This document shows positions 19,164 to 27,714 of a stretch of DNA of 39,632 nucleotides, in pieces. Source of the DNA: Minisyncoccota bacterium (lineage in GTDB: Bacteria; Patescibacteriota; Minisyncoccia; Phycocordibacterales; JABAAK01); contig OY282360.1 of NCBI GenBank assembly GCA_958295675.1, positions 424,394-464,025 on the forward strand. The letters run 5' to 3'. Numbering within the stretch: position 1 is the stretch's first letter; every line of letters starts with the position of its first letter. The notes below the pieces were generated by a model. The model was not told where the DNA came from, ran no database searches, and saw only the letters and a list, made by a program, of their open reading frames with translations. Position numbers and translations under genes: made by a program.

Positions 19164-19321
19164 GTTGACCCCCTGTGGTCTCCGCGTGAAAGAGCAGAAA
19201 ACAATCTGCCATCTGATATACAATATACAAGTATTAGTGCAATACATCAAGTATCCCTCACAGAATATTTTTGTTTTCAATATATATAAAAAAATCCCAC
19301 CAGCGTTTCCACTGGTGGGAT
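19146..19321 (-). repeat. ~175-bp direct repeat; partner 18190-18363
   Basis: See partner. Confidence 0.9.
19222..19250 (-). promoter_or_regulatory. Sigma70-type promoter TTGATG-N17-TATATT
   Basis: Homologous to 18266-18294 and 27626-27654. Confidence 0.65.
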
Positions 19322-19342
19322 GGGTTGAGGAATGATTCCTCT
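19294..19342 (-). repeat. 28-bp hairpin boundary repeat, copy 3, with adjacent palindrome GAGGAAT-N-ATTCCTC
   Basis: Hairpin 19294-19321 is the exact reverse complement of 28454-28481; 49-bp match to 28433-28481 with 2 mismatches. Confidence 0.9.
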
Positions 19343-19454
19343 ACACACAAGTAACTACGGTGTATTGTAGTATTTTCACAAAAAGATGAAAGTATAAACA
19401 ATAGTGTTCGGCAGCATACTTATCAAGAAAATAATACGATATACTGACTGATAT

Positions 19455-20192
19455 ATGAAACAAACATCGTCGCCAAAGGAAGAAAAAAATGGGGTACTCT
19501 CACTCTTCACGGATATACTTATCATTGCCATTACCCTTATGATAAGTACAGTTCTGCTGATGCAGCATAACACTATCATAAGCGCGGTAGCAGATAACCG
19601 AGAAGACCGATACCACCGACCGGTTGATCCGAAGGCAGATCTCATCTTTGGTAATCCAAATGCGGATATATTCATTGTTGAATACGGCGATCTTGAGTGC
19701 CCGCACTGTCGTGATTCTCACGCGCACATACAAACTCTAATAAAGAGTGACTGGGGTATTTCAGGCACAGTCGCATGGGTATGGAGAAATGGGTTTCATC
19801 TTGCCCGTTCGTCAGTAGAAAAAGCAAAAGCACTTGAATGCGTCCGTTTGCACGCCGGAGAACGAGCAAACAATAAGGCATGGGCATTTATGGAAGAATC
19901 GCTCAGTGGAGGTATATACGAAAACAAATATCCTTTGGAACGATATCGGGAAATCGCGGAACAATTAGACATTCCGTTTGAGCGTGTAGAAATCTGTAGA
20001 AAAAATAATGAAGTTGCGCGGCAAATGTCACAGGCGATAACAGATATTGAAGAATTGAACATCACTGAAACCCCGTACATTCAATTCATCTCAGGAAACG
20101 GTGAACTGCTGTTTGAAAGTGTTGGTTTACTCACCACTTCACAGCTTGAAAGTTTTATCGCAAAAATAATTCACAGCAAGCAAGAAGATTAA
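19455..20192 (+). CDS. DsbA-family thioredoxin-domain protein, membrane anchored
   Basis: TM helix, 'GNPNADIFIVEYGDLECPHC', cis-Pro loop 'TETP'. Confidence 0.85.
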   Translation: MKQTSSPKEEKNGVLSLFTDILIIAITLMISTVLLMQHNTIISAVADNREDRYHRPVDPKADLIFGNPNADIFIVEYGDLECPHCRDSHAHIQTLIKSDWGISGTVAWVWRNGFHLARSSVEKAKALECVRLHAGERANNKAWAFMEESLSGGIYENKYPLERYREIAEQLDIPFERVEICRKNNEVARQMSQAITDIEELNITETPYIQFISGNGELLFESVGLLTTSQLESFIAKIIHSKQED

Positions 20193-20194
20193 TA

Positions 20195-21562
20195 TTACCC
20201 ACGGATCTCTTTTTTGATAGTATCAGTCAATGCAGAAATAGCTACTCTATTCTGTTTCATAGAATCCCGCTGACGAACGGTAACACTGTCGTCTTTCAGG
20301 GTATCATAGTCCACAGTCACCGCGAACGGCGTACCGATTTCATCAGTCCGTCTGTATCGCTTGCCGATAGCACCGGTTTCATCGTAGTGTACGCTGAAAT
20401 GCGGGGCAAGCATTGTGTATATTTCCCGCGCTTTCTCCGGCAAACCATCTTTTTTCATAAGAGGAAGAACGGCAACAGTAATAGGAGCAAGTGAGGGACG
20501 CAGCCGCAATACTACCCGTTCACTGCCGTCCGGTAATTCCTCAACGGCATACGCATCATGTAACACCGCCAAAAACAAACGACCAATCCCGATTGAGGTT
20601 TCAACAACATGCGGGACAATATGCTTATCGGTATCCTGATCAAAATAAACAAGTTTTTCTCCTGTATGCTTTGTGTGCTGCATTAAATCATAATCTCCAC
20701 GATCATGAATACCCTCTAACTCCTTCCAGCCGAATGGATATTTATGCTCTATATCCTCCGCAGCGCGGGCGTAAAACACAAGCCGTTCATGCGGTGTGAT
20801 TCGCAGATGTTCTTTCTGCAAACCGAGATTCTGCAAACTCTCCAGTCGAATACGGCGGAATTCTTCAAAAAACTTCCCGCTCTCCCCTTCCCGAACAAAA
20901 TACTGCATTTCCATCTGCTCAAACTCCCGGGTACGGAATAGAAACTGCCGCGGTGATATCTCATTGCGAAACGCTTTTCCTATCTGCGCGATACCGAACG
21001 GTAATTTAAGATGCATCGTATCCAGCACCTGCTTAAAATTCACATAGATACCCTGACAGGTCTCACCGCGCAAATATACATCTTCAAAATTATCAGCAGC
21101 TCCTATATTTGAAGTGACCAACAGGTTCTGAAATTCAGGTTCCTCTAAATCATTCGGGTCACATCCTTCCGGCTTCAAATTGCTTCTATGTTTCTCAAAT
21201 ACTTCACGAAATTCTTCAAGAGTCATTCGTTCGTCAGCGGAAACACCTATATCTTCAAGAAGGTGATCAGCGCGAAACCGCTTCCCTGTCTTTCCGCACA
21301 CGGTTACAGGATCAGAAAAACCATCGGTGTGTCCGGATGCTTTCCACACTTTTGGATGCATCACGATACCTGCATCAAGACCGACAATATCCGAACGCAT
21401 GCGTACCATAGTATTCCACCAATCCTGCTTCAAATTACGCAACAATTCAACGCCAAGCGGACCATAATCGTACACACCGCCAAACCCGCCGTATATCTCT
21501 GAAGAAAGAAACACAAAACCACGTTTCTTTGCAAACGAAACTAATGTCTCAAGTGTATGCAT
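20195..21562 (-). CDS. glyQS: Glycine--tRNA ligase (single-chain homodimeric type)
   Basis: 'KKRGFVF.SSEIYGG', 'YDYGPLG', 'LRGETCQG', 'FRNEISPRQFLFRTREFEQME', 'IGKRYRRTDEIGTPF'; start 21562. Confidence 0.95.
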   Translation of the reverse strand: MHTLETLVSFAKKRGFVFLSSEIYGGFGGVYDYGPLGVELLRNLKQDWWNTMVRMRSDIVGLDAGIVMHPKVWKASGHTDGFSDPVTVCGKTGKRFRADHLLEDIGVSADERMTLEEFREVFEKHRSNLKPEGCDPNDLEEPEFQNLLVTSNIGAADNFEDVYLRGETCQGIYVNFKQVLDTMHLKLPFGIAQIGKAFRNEISPRQFLFRTREFEQMEMQYFVREGESGKFFEEFRRIRLESLQNLGLQKEHLRITPHERLVFYARAAEDIEHKYPFGWKELEGIHDRGDYDLMQHTKHTGEKLVYFDQDTDKHIVPHVVETSIGIGRLFLAVLHDAYAVEELPDGSERVVLRLRPSLAPITVAVLPLMKKDGLPEKAREIYTMLAPHFSVHYDETGAIGKRYRRTDEIGTPFAVTVDYDTLKDDSVTVRQRDSMKQNRVAISALTDTIKKEIRG

Positions 21563-21569
21563 AGCAATA

Positions 21570-22505
21570 TTAGTATACCTTTTTTTCCTGCTCAATCTCT
21601 TTATGCAACAATAGGAGTTTTTTCATATCTTCAAACCGACCGGTACGGGTTGAATCCAAAACGACAAGAGCGAATAAGGTGTCATTGCGCTCAACGACCA
21701 TAATAAGTGCGCCTCCGGCGATATCTGTGTATCCGGTTTTTGAGAGTAAAATACGCTCCGATAACGAACCAATAAGCTCATTTGTATTTTTCGCGTCGTA
21801 TTGAATACCATCTAGAGAATAAAAAGAACCTTTTTCATGTACTGTTTGTTCGGCGAGTTCCGGTTGATCATTGACGATAATACCGGCAATTTTTGCCATA
21901 TCAAACACCGAACTTTCAGAACCGGCGAGTGTATCATGCGCGTCTAATCCGGTTGGATTGATGAAATGAGTGTGAACAAGCGCATGTTGCCGGACAAAAT
22001 CATTCATAAGATCAACAAGAGATGTCCCTGTTTTATCCTCAATCGTTCTGCCGACCGCATTGATCCCTCTATTGGAGGAAGTGATGAGAGAGTACGCGAG
22101 CAAATCCGAGGTATGCCAGGTATCGCCAAGTCGGAGCGGTGTTGTCGCTTCTATCTCAAAATCAACAGAATCCAATACTGTGATGTCTGTCTCATCAAGA
22201 CGAGGGTATGCGAGCAGTGCCGCTGTCAATTTTGTAATGGAAGCAATTGATTTCGGGGTTGTGATATTTTTCCCGGCGACAACTGTATCTCCGGTAATAT
22301 TATAGATAACCGCGGCATCAGCGGACACCTCATCGGTAATATGATAATAAGAGTCCTCTACATGCGGTCTGACGACAAAATCATCGGTAATAAAAAAAGC
22401 GATGAGATAGACAATCAAAAAAACAGCAATGAAAGCGGAACACGAAATAACATATGTCGGATACATACTTCGCGTTTCATCTTGTCTGACTCCGTTCTGA
22501 TCCAT
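21570..22505 (-). CDS. D-alanyl-D-alanine carboxypeptidase (peptidase S11)
   Basis: SxxK 'ASITK', SxN 'SSN', 'FINPTGLD', 'KTGYT'. Confidence 0.9.
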   Translation of the reverse strand: MDQNGVRQDETRSMYPTYVISCSAFIAVFLIVYLIAFFITDDFVVRPHVEDSYYHITDEVSADAAVIYNITGDTVVAGKNITTPKSIASITKLTAALLAYPRLDETDITVLDSVDFEIEATTPLRLGDTWHTSDLLAYSLITSSNRGINAVGRTIEDKTGTSLVDLMNDFVRQHALVHTHFINPTGLDAHDTLAGSESSVFDMAKIAGIIVNDQPELAEQTVHEKGSFYSLDGIQYDAKNTNELIGSLSERILLSKTGYTDIAGGALIMVVERNDTLFALVVLDSTRTGRFEDMKKLLLLHKEIEQEKKVY

Positions 22506-22590
22506 ATTGTATATATTGGAATAGTATACCCCATATTTATTGCTGTTTCATCAAATTTTTAAAAACATAGAGATTAGACGAAGTGCTTAA

Positions 22591-23130
22591 CTATTCCTCC
22601 ATCTTCTTCTTAGTCGCGCGCAAACCTTCTAAAATATCCCGTCTGACAGTTTTGTAGTCCGGCAGGTCTTTTGTTTTTTGGAGTCCGAGGTGCGATAAAA
22701 AATCAACCGTCACAACAAGCATTTTCTTGCCGCCTTCTTTTTGTTCCTGAATGAGACCTCGCACCGCCAAACGCCGAACGGTATATTGTGTATTCACACC
22801 GCGCAGGAAATCAAGATCAACTTTTGCTATCGGTCCGGCATAGGCAATGATAGATAGAGTTTCCTGAGATGCCTTTGATAACGGAGCATTCTGATCTTCC
22901 GATCGGGTATGTTGTATAAATTCTCTTAGAGCAGGATTAGTCGCGAGCGCGACTCTGGATCCGTCGTCAAGAACCGTCACACCGCTATCTCGACAGGTAT
23001 CACGCAGTTCATTGATAAGATCTTCCAAACGGTCGTCTCCACACCCGATAAGGACGGATAAACGCTTTTTAGAAATCGGCGCGCCGTTAGTAAATAGAAT
23101 TGCCTGTAATTGTGCTAACGCATTATTCAT
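22591..23130 (-). CDS. scpB: SMC-Scp complex subunit ScpB
   Basis: 'LQAILF', 'LSKASQETLSIIAY', 'FLRGVN', 'FLSHLGL....LP'. Confidence 0.9.
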   Translation of the reverse strand: MNNALAQLQAILFTNGAPISKKRLSVLIGCGDDRLEDLINELRDTCRDSGVTVLDDGSRVALATNPALREFIQHTRSEDQNAPLSKASQETLSIIAYAGPIAKVDLDFLRGVNTQYTVRRLAVRGLIQEQKEGGKKMLVVTVDFLSHLGLQKTKDLPDYKTVRRDILEGLRATKKKMEE

Positions 23131-23858
23131 AACATTGCTCTTCGTTCCTGTTTTGTCAGCAGGATATCATCAAATTCTTTTCCCTGTTCTGCCGTGAGAA
23201 GATCCTTGCGCATTAGCTCAAGAATCGCAAGAAATGAAACTATCTTCTCCTGTTTTTTTCGTCCTGACACCACACTACTGAATGAAACTGATATACGGTT
23301 GGTCAGTGTATCAAGAACACGGCTGATAACTGCTTCTATAGAAATAAGCTTGCGCGCTTTTTTCCGTAGAGGAAGCCTGAAAGATGAAAGATCTTTAATA
23401 ACTAAAAGCGCATTTCGATGCACACTTGCCGATGTACATGAGGCATCGGGAGCAAAAATAATCTCTTGTTCATGTCCGGGCGGAGAAATAGGAAATGAAT
23501 ATATATCCCAATGATCAAGTGACGGCACAGCATGTTTCTGGATGTAACTGTACAGGCGCATTCTGTCTTCCAACACAGCAACATCAACTTCTTCTTCCTT
23601 AGTGTATTCTAAAAGCGGTAACAGTGATTTTGATTTTATAAGCACCAAAATAGAGGCGATATGCACAAAACGAGCAATTTCCTCAGCCGGTACTTTTGCC
23701 GCTTGTCGTATATGTGAAATATAATCAGCGGTTATTTTTGCCAGTGAAATAGTATTTATCTGAAGTTTTCGCCGTTCTATCAATTGGTATAACAAATCAA
23801 GCGGACCCTCAAACTGGTCCAGAGAAACAATAAAATTAGTATTGCTCGTGTTATTCAT
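23127..23858 (-). CDS. scpA: Segregation and condensation protein ScpA
   Basis: 'FEGPLDLLYQLI', 'IKSKSLLP', 'IVSFLAILEL'; adjacent to scpB. Confidence 0.9.
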   Translation of the reverse strand: MNNTSNTNFIVSLDQFEGPLDLLYQLIERRKLQINTISLAKITADYISHIRQAAKVPAEEIARFVHIASILVLIKSKSLLPLLEYTKEEEVDVAVLEDRMRLYSYIQKHAVPSLDHWDIYSFPISPPGHEQEIIFAPDASCTSASVHRNALLVIKDLSSFRLPLRKKARKLISIEAVISRVLDTLTNRISVSFSSVVSGRKKQEKIVSFLAILELMRKDLLTAEQGKEFDDILLTKQERRAML

Positions 23859-25185
23859 ACAGCCGTGTATCAATACGTCCGCGATCGCGCGGAAACAGAG
23901 CGGCCTCTTTCGCGTTCGCCAATCCGAGCATTTTTGCGGTCAAGCGTTCCAATCCGACAGCCATCCCTCCGTGCGGGGGCATGCCGTATTTAAATGCCTG
24001 CAGATAAAAACCGAATGTTTTTTCGGGATCTGTACCGGGAATCTTTTGTCGTATTTTTTCAACCAGCGTTGCATAGTCATGTATCCGCTGTCCGCCGCTG
24101 CTGATTTCCACGCCACAAAAAAGAAGATCAAAACTTTTAGTATAACCGGGATCATTTTCATCCTCGTACGCGTACATTGGCCGCTTTTCAACAGGATAAT
24201 GGGTGATAAAAATAAAATCAGAATTAAACTGTGAAAGAGCGTATTCGCATAACAAACGCTCATGCTCAGGAGTGAGATCCGGTTCTCCCTCGCAAGCAAT
24301 ATCAAACTCCTTCTCAAGTATGCGCTGTGCTTCTGTTAATTTTATAGAAGGAAAATCATGAGCAGGAAGCGCGGGGATCTCTGCATCAAGTACTGCAAAC
24401 TCCCGCTTCACCTCCTGTGCAAGTGTTTCAACAACAGAACGCATACATCCTTCAAGCATACGCATGACATCAGTGTGATCCGAGATATATCCCATTTCAA
24501 AATCTAAACTCGTATATTCATTGGTGTGCCTGGAGGTACTATGTTTCTCCGCCCGAAAAACTTCCCCGACACAAAATACCCGCTCAAAAACACCTGTCAT
24601 AATCTGCTTATACAACTGCGGACTGGTCGCCAGCGACACCTTTTTATCAAAATAATTAACAGAAAAAACTTCGGCTCCTCCTTCCGCATCACCACCGACA
24701 ATACATGGCGCCTGAAACTCAATAAAATCATGTGTAACGAGATATTCCCTGAACGCGCGGACAATACAGGCCTGCGTACGGAATACAGCACTATCTTCGT
24801 CGCGTCGCAATGTGATAGGACGATAATCAAACTTGGTATCTACATTTACAGCACTTTGTATATCAAACGGCAATTCATCAGCATGGGATAAAACAGTCAA
24901 TGTTTCAATAACAAATTCAATATCTCCGTTATCGCCTTCGGTTCTATTTTTCTCCGGACGCTCCTGTACCGTACCAACTAACGAAAGCACACTTTCCGGT
25001 GAAACTCTCTTCGCTTCCGTGAACAAGGTATGCGAATCAGACATAAAACACTGAACACTGCCGGAACGGTCAACAAGGTCAATGAACAACATTTTGCCAT
25101 GGTCACGCAATGAAGCAACTTTCCCGGAAACAGAAACTGACGAACCTGCATGACTGTGCAAATTTGCTATGAGAGTTCTCTCCAT
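23851..25185 (-). CDS. aspS: Aspartate--tRNA(Asp/Asn) ligase, short non-discriminating type
   Basis: OB fold, 'AEGGAEVF', 'SPQLYKQ', 'FRAEKHSTSRH', 'EISSGGQRIH', 'GMPPHGG'; no GAD insert. Confidence 0.9.
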   Translation of the reverse strand: MERTLIANLHSHAGSSVSVSGKVASLRDHGKMLFIDLVDRSGSVQCFMSDSHTLFTEAKRVSPESVLSLVGTVQERPEKNRTEGDNGDIEFVIETLTVLSHADELPFDIQSAVNVDTKFDYRPITLRRDEDSAVFRTQACIVRAFREYLVTHDFIEFQAPCIVGGDAEGGAEVFSVNYFDKKVSLATSPQLYKQIMTGVFERVFCVGEVFRAEKHSTSRHTNEYTSLDFEMGYISDHTDVMRMLEGCMRSVVETLAQEVKREFAVLDAEIPALPAHDFPSIKLTEAQRILEKEFDIACEGEPDLTPEHERLLCEYALSQFNSDFIFITHYPVEKRPMYAYEDENDPGYTKSFDLLFCGVEISSGGQRIHDYATLVEKIRQKIPGTDPEKTFGFYLQAFKYGMPPHGGMAVGLERLTAKMLGLANAKEAALFPRDRGRIDTRLYE

Positions 25186-25208
25186 ACCGTCATAGTGTAG
25201 CACAGCAC

Positions 25209-26228
25209 TCACCTAAACCATTTTTGCTTATGCGGAATACCGAGCCCGAGCATGCGACGCACTTCATTAAGACGATCAGTAAATAATGTATCCATTTTCT
25301 TCCGATGCTGTCCGAGTAAGCGATCAATATAGCTGCTATTATTCTCTAATTTGGCATATGTTTCCCGCGCATCTTTGAAATAATCAAGATAAGCATCAAC
25401 AAGCATTTCTTTCAATTCCTTGTAGGATATCTTTCCATGAAGACATTTATTCGCCACATCCCCGTATTTTTCTCGTGACAAAAGCAATTCAAGGTATGAA
25501 CAAATGGTGCAATTGTCCGGTCGTATTGGTTGACCTGCAGGAGTAGAATCGGTCGTGATGCCCATAATGCGTTTCCGTATCTCCGTCTCGTCGGCAAATA
25601 TCGGCAGAACATTATCATATGATTTACTCATTTTCCTGCCATCAATACCGGGCACAACAGCGGTCTCTTTTACAACCTGTTCCTGTGGTTCAGAAAAATA
25701 TCGTGTTTCAGTAAGCATATTAAACTTACGCGCAATTTCCCGCGCCATCTCCACATGCTGAACTTGATCCTTGCCTACCGGCACCGTATTAGCACCAAGC
25801 AATAAAATATCCGCTGCCATAAGCACTGGATACAAAAAAACGCCGAGACCGGGTTCTTTCTCCTGCTGCAACGCATCCTTATACGCATGTCCGATAGTAA
25901 GGAATTGGTGTTTCAGGAGACAACTGAAAATCCAAGTCAATTCAGTAATTTGCGGAAATTCCGACTGTCGATATATAACTGTTTTTTTCGGATCAACACC
26001 TAACGCCACATATGCGCGGATAACATCGTGTGAATACTTTTCAAAAAGATTGCTATCATGCCGGCTATCCGCATCGCTGCAACCGGTAAGTGCATGTAAA
26101 TCAGCAAGAAAAACAAACATTTCTCCGGAATCCTGTAGATCAACTATCTGACGAATAGTGCCGAAATAATTGCCGAGATGTATACTTCCGGTCGGTTTAA
26201 TACCTGTAATAATCTTTCTGTTTGCCAT
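25209..26228 (-). CDS. trpS: Tryptophan--tRNA ligase
   Basis: 'TGIKPTGSIHLGNY', 'YPVLMAADIL', 'VPVGKDQ', 'KMSKS'. Confidence 0.95.
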   Translation of the reverse strand: MANRKIITGIKPTGSIHLGNYFGTIRQIVDLQDSGEMFVFLADLHALTGCSDADSRHDSNLFEKYSHDVIRAYVALGVDPKKTVIYRQSEFPQITELTWIFSCLLKHQFLTIGHAYKDALQQEKEPGLGVFLYPVLMAADILLLGANTVPVGKDQVQHVEMAREIARKFNMLTETRYFSEPQEQVVKETAVVPGIDGRKMSKSYDNVLPIFADETEIRKRIMGITTDSTPAGQPIRPDNCTICSYLELLLSREKYGDVANKCLHGKISYKELKEMLVDAYLDYFKDARETYAKLENNSSYIDRLLGQHRKKMDTLFTDRLNEVRRMLGLGIPHKQKWFR

Positions 26229-26285
26229 ATATGATAGTATATCGTACTTTCCTATTAACTTTTATTAAGAATCAGTCCTCAATTC

Positions 26286-26313
26286 ATTCCACCAGTGGAA
26301 ACACTGGTGGGAT
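26286..26313 (+). repeat. 28-bp hairpin boundary repeat, copy 4
   Basis: ATTCCACCAGTG-GAAA-CACTGGTGGGAT then T-run; no co-oriented gene directly upstream. Confidence 0.9.
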
Positions 26314-26327
26314 TTTTTTATATATTT

Positions 26328-26511
26328 AGGGTGTATACTCTGACTTGCTATTTTAAGGGTTTACGATTTATCGGTAAGTTATCAACATCGTTGCTATTGT
26401 GCGAGGTATACTGTGATTAAGAATAATAAGTATTATGCCAATAAACTTCACTGAAAGCACTCTGTTTACCAGCGATAACCTACCGATGTGGTATGTCAAG
26501 GGATACACCCC
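26328..26511. mobile_element. Putative MITE-like non-coding insertion (~184 bp)
   Basis: Imperfect terminal inverted repeats GGGTGTATactcTGAC / GTCAagggATACACCC, subterminal ATCGGTAAGTTATC / GATAACCTACCGAT, flanked by ATATTT direct repeats; absent from the paralogous leader near 27075. Confidence 0.6.
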
Positions 26512-26629
26512 ATATTTTTAAGGTTTATTTTTTTAGAAAACATGATATACTGTATTAGGCGATGGAAGATTTCTCTTTCATCCGGGTCAACGTCAACTGA
26601 AGCAAAGGAGGGCTATACATGGGTAAAAC
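26512..26629 (+). repeat. ~115-bp leader direct repeat (extended -10 TGaTATACT, stem-loop, AAAGGAGG, MGKT start); partner 27078-27188
   Basis: Near-identical to partner apart from a GTCAAC duplication and a few substitutions. Confidence 0.85.
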
Positions 26630-27002
26630 GGCAGATTTGGGAGTACGGTTAGAAACTGCCAAGGACCGTCGCACATCAACCGAAGAACTCACGCGACTCG
26701 CTAGGGATGTAGATTGGCGGGTGCGAGGGGAGGTTGCCCAACGCGGGGAAACATCAAAAAAGACTCTCATCAATCTTGCGGAAGATCCAATTTGGATAGT
26801 GCGGTACCATGTTGCCCTCAATGACAACACACCGTCAGAAACGCGTACACAACTTGCTCAAGATGAAGACTGGCAGGTGCGGCAAGCGGTTGCTCGTCAT
26901 GGCAGCACACCTCCGGAAACGCTTGTGCGACTAACACAGGATGTGGATCAGCGGGTTCGAGCGGCAGCGATTGCTAACAACAACACGCCGCTTTCTCACT
27001 AA
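26619..27002 (+). CDS. LRV/HEAT-like repeat protein, 127 aa
   Basis: ~4.5 26-aa repeats 'TxxExLxxLAxDxDWxVRxxVA'; AAAGGAGG SD. Confidence 0.85.
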   Translation: MGKTADLGVRLETAKDRRTSTEELTRLARDVDWRVRGEVAQRGETSKKTLINLAEDPIWIVRYHVALNDNTPSETRTQLAQDEDWQVRQAVARHGSTPPETLVRLTQDVDQRVRAAAIANNNTPLSH

Positions 27003-27029
27003 AGTAAATCTGTTGGCACACTCTCACTT

Positions 27030-27057
27030 ATCCCACCAATGGAAACACTGGTGGGAT
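27030..27057 (+). repeat. 28-bp hairpin boundary repeat, copy 5
   Basis: ATCCCACCAATG-GAAA-CACTGGTGGGAT then T-run; 26951-27057 is an ungapped 107-bp inverted homolog of 18012-18118. Confidence 0.9.
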
Positions 27058-27177
27058 ATTTTTTGTATATTTTGTATATATTTCTAAGGTCTATTTTTTA
27101 GAAAACATGATATGCTGTATTAGGCGATGGAAGATTTCTCTTTCATCTGGGTCAACTGAACCAAAGGAGGGCTATAC

Positions 27178-27483
27178 ATGGGTAAAACAGTGAGTTTGAA
27201 AGCACGATTGAGAGCCGCCAGAGACCGTGACACAGCGCCGGAAATCCTTGCAAAATTGGCGACAGATGTGAATTGGCGGGTGCGATTAGCAGTTGCTTCT
27301 AATGGCAATACACGATTTAAAGTCCTCACCAAACTGGCAGAGGATGCGGATTGGTTAGTGCGACAGTCAGTTGCTTACAATAACCGAACACCACTGAAGA
27401 TGCGTGTACGGCTGATGGAGGATACGAATTGGTGGGTGCGAGCGGCGGCGATTGCTAACAACAACACGCCGCGCTTTCGCTAG
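27178..27483 (+). CDS. LRV/HEAT-like repeat protein, 101 aa
   Basis: Exactly one 26-aa repeat shorter than 26619-27002; same MGKT start and AAAIANNNTP end. Confidence 0.85.
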   Translation: MGKTVSLKARLRAARDRDTAPEILAKLATDVNWRVRLAVASNGNTRFKVLTKLAEDADWLVRQSVAYNNRTPLKMRVRLMEDTNWWVRAAAIANNNTPRFR

Positions 27484-27533
27484 AATAGGTCTGCTGGTAC
27501 ACTCTTTTTCGTTGTGAGAGTGTTCCTCAACTC

Positions 27534-27561
27534 ATTCCACCAGCGTTTCCACTGGTGGGAT
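27534..27561 (+). repeat. 28-bp hairpin boundary repeat, copy 6 (core inverted)
   Basis: ATTCCACCAGCG-TTTC-CACTGGTGGGAT then T-run; loop reads TTTC instead of GAAA. Confidence 0.9.
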
Positions 27562-27625
27562 TTTTTATATACACTAACTAAATTACAAAAAACTTTAAAA
27601 AATATTTAAGGAATAAGTCAAGTGA

Positions 27626-27654
27626 TTGACATATTATACTAATACATATATATT
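27626..27654 (+). promoter_or_regulatory. Sigma70-type promoter TTGACA-N17-TATATT
   Basis: Consensus -35, 17-bp spacer, homologous to left-array promoters. Confidence 0.75.
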
Positions 27655-27714
27655 ATATATCAGATGGCACATTGCCTTTCCCCCTTTCACACAGAGATCG
27701 AAGGAGATTCTCAC

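Noticed and set aside
19164-19280. N-terminal extensions in the ORF track (also 18208-18414, 27664-27714, murG, gltX, rpsD, rpmJ)
   Set aside because: They run through promoters, terminators or neighbouring genes; internal starts fit SD, -10 spacing or homology better.
18190-19321. Diversity-generating retroelement TR/VR pair
   Set aside because: No reverse transcriptase; the repeat covers promoter/leader rather than a C-terminal coding region; differences are not adenine-specific.
19350-19372. Possible remnant LRV 3' end (AAT ACA CCG TAG, 'NTP*') upstream of hairpin copy 3
   Set aside because: Only an 11-bp match to 18079-18089; too short to separate from chance, though it would explain the orphan hairpin.
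19376-19675. Other short antisense ORFs over housekeeping genes throughout the window
   Set aside because: They overlap confidently identified genes and show no recognisable motifs.
27617-27630. GTCAA-GTGA-TTGAC dyad over the -35 box as an operator
   Set aside because: Only 5-bp arms and not conserved in the two homologous promoters.
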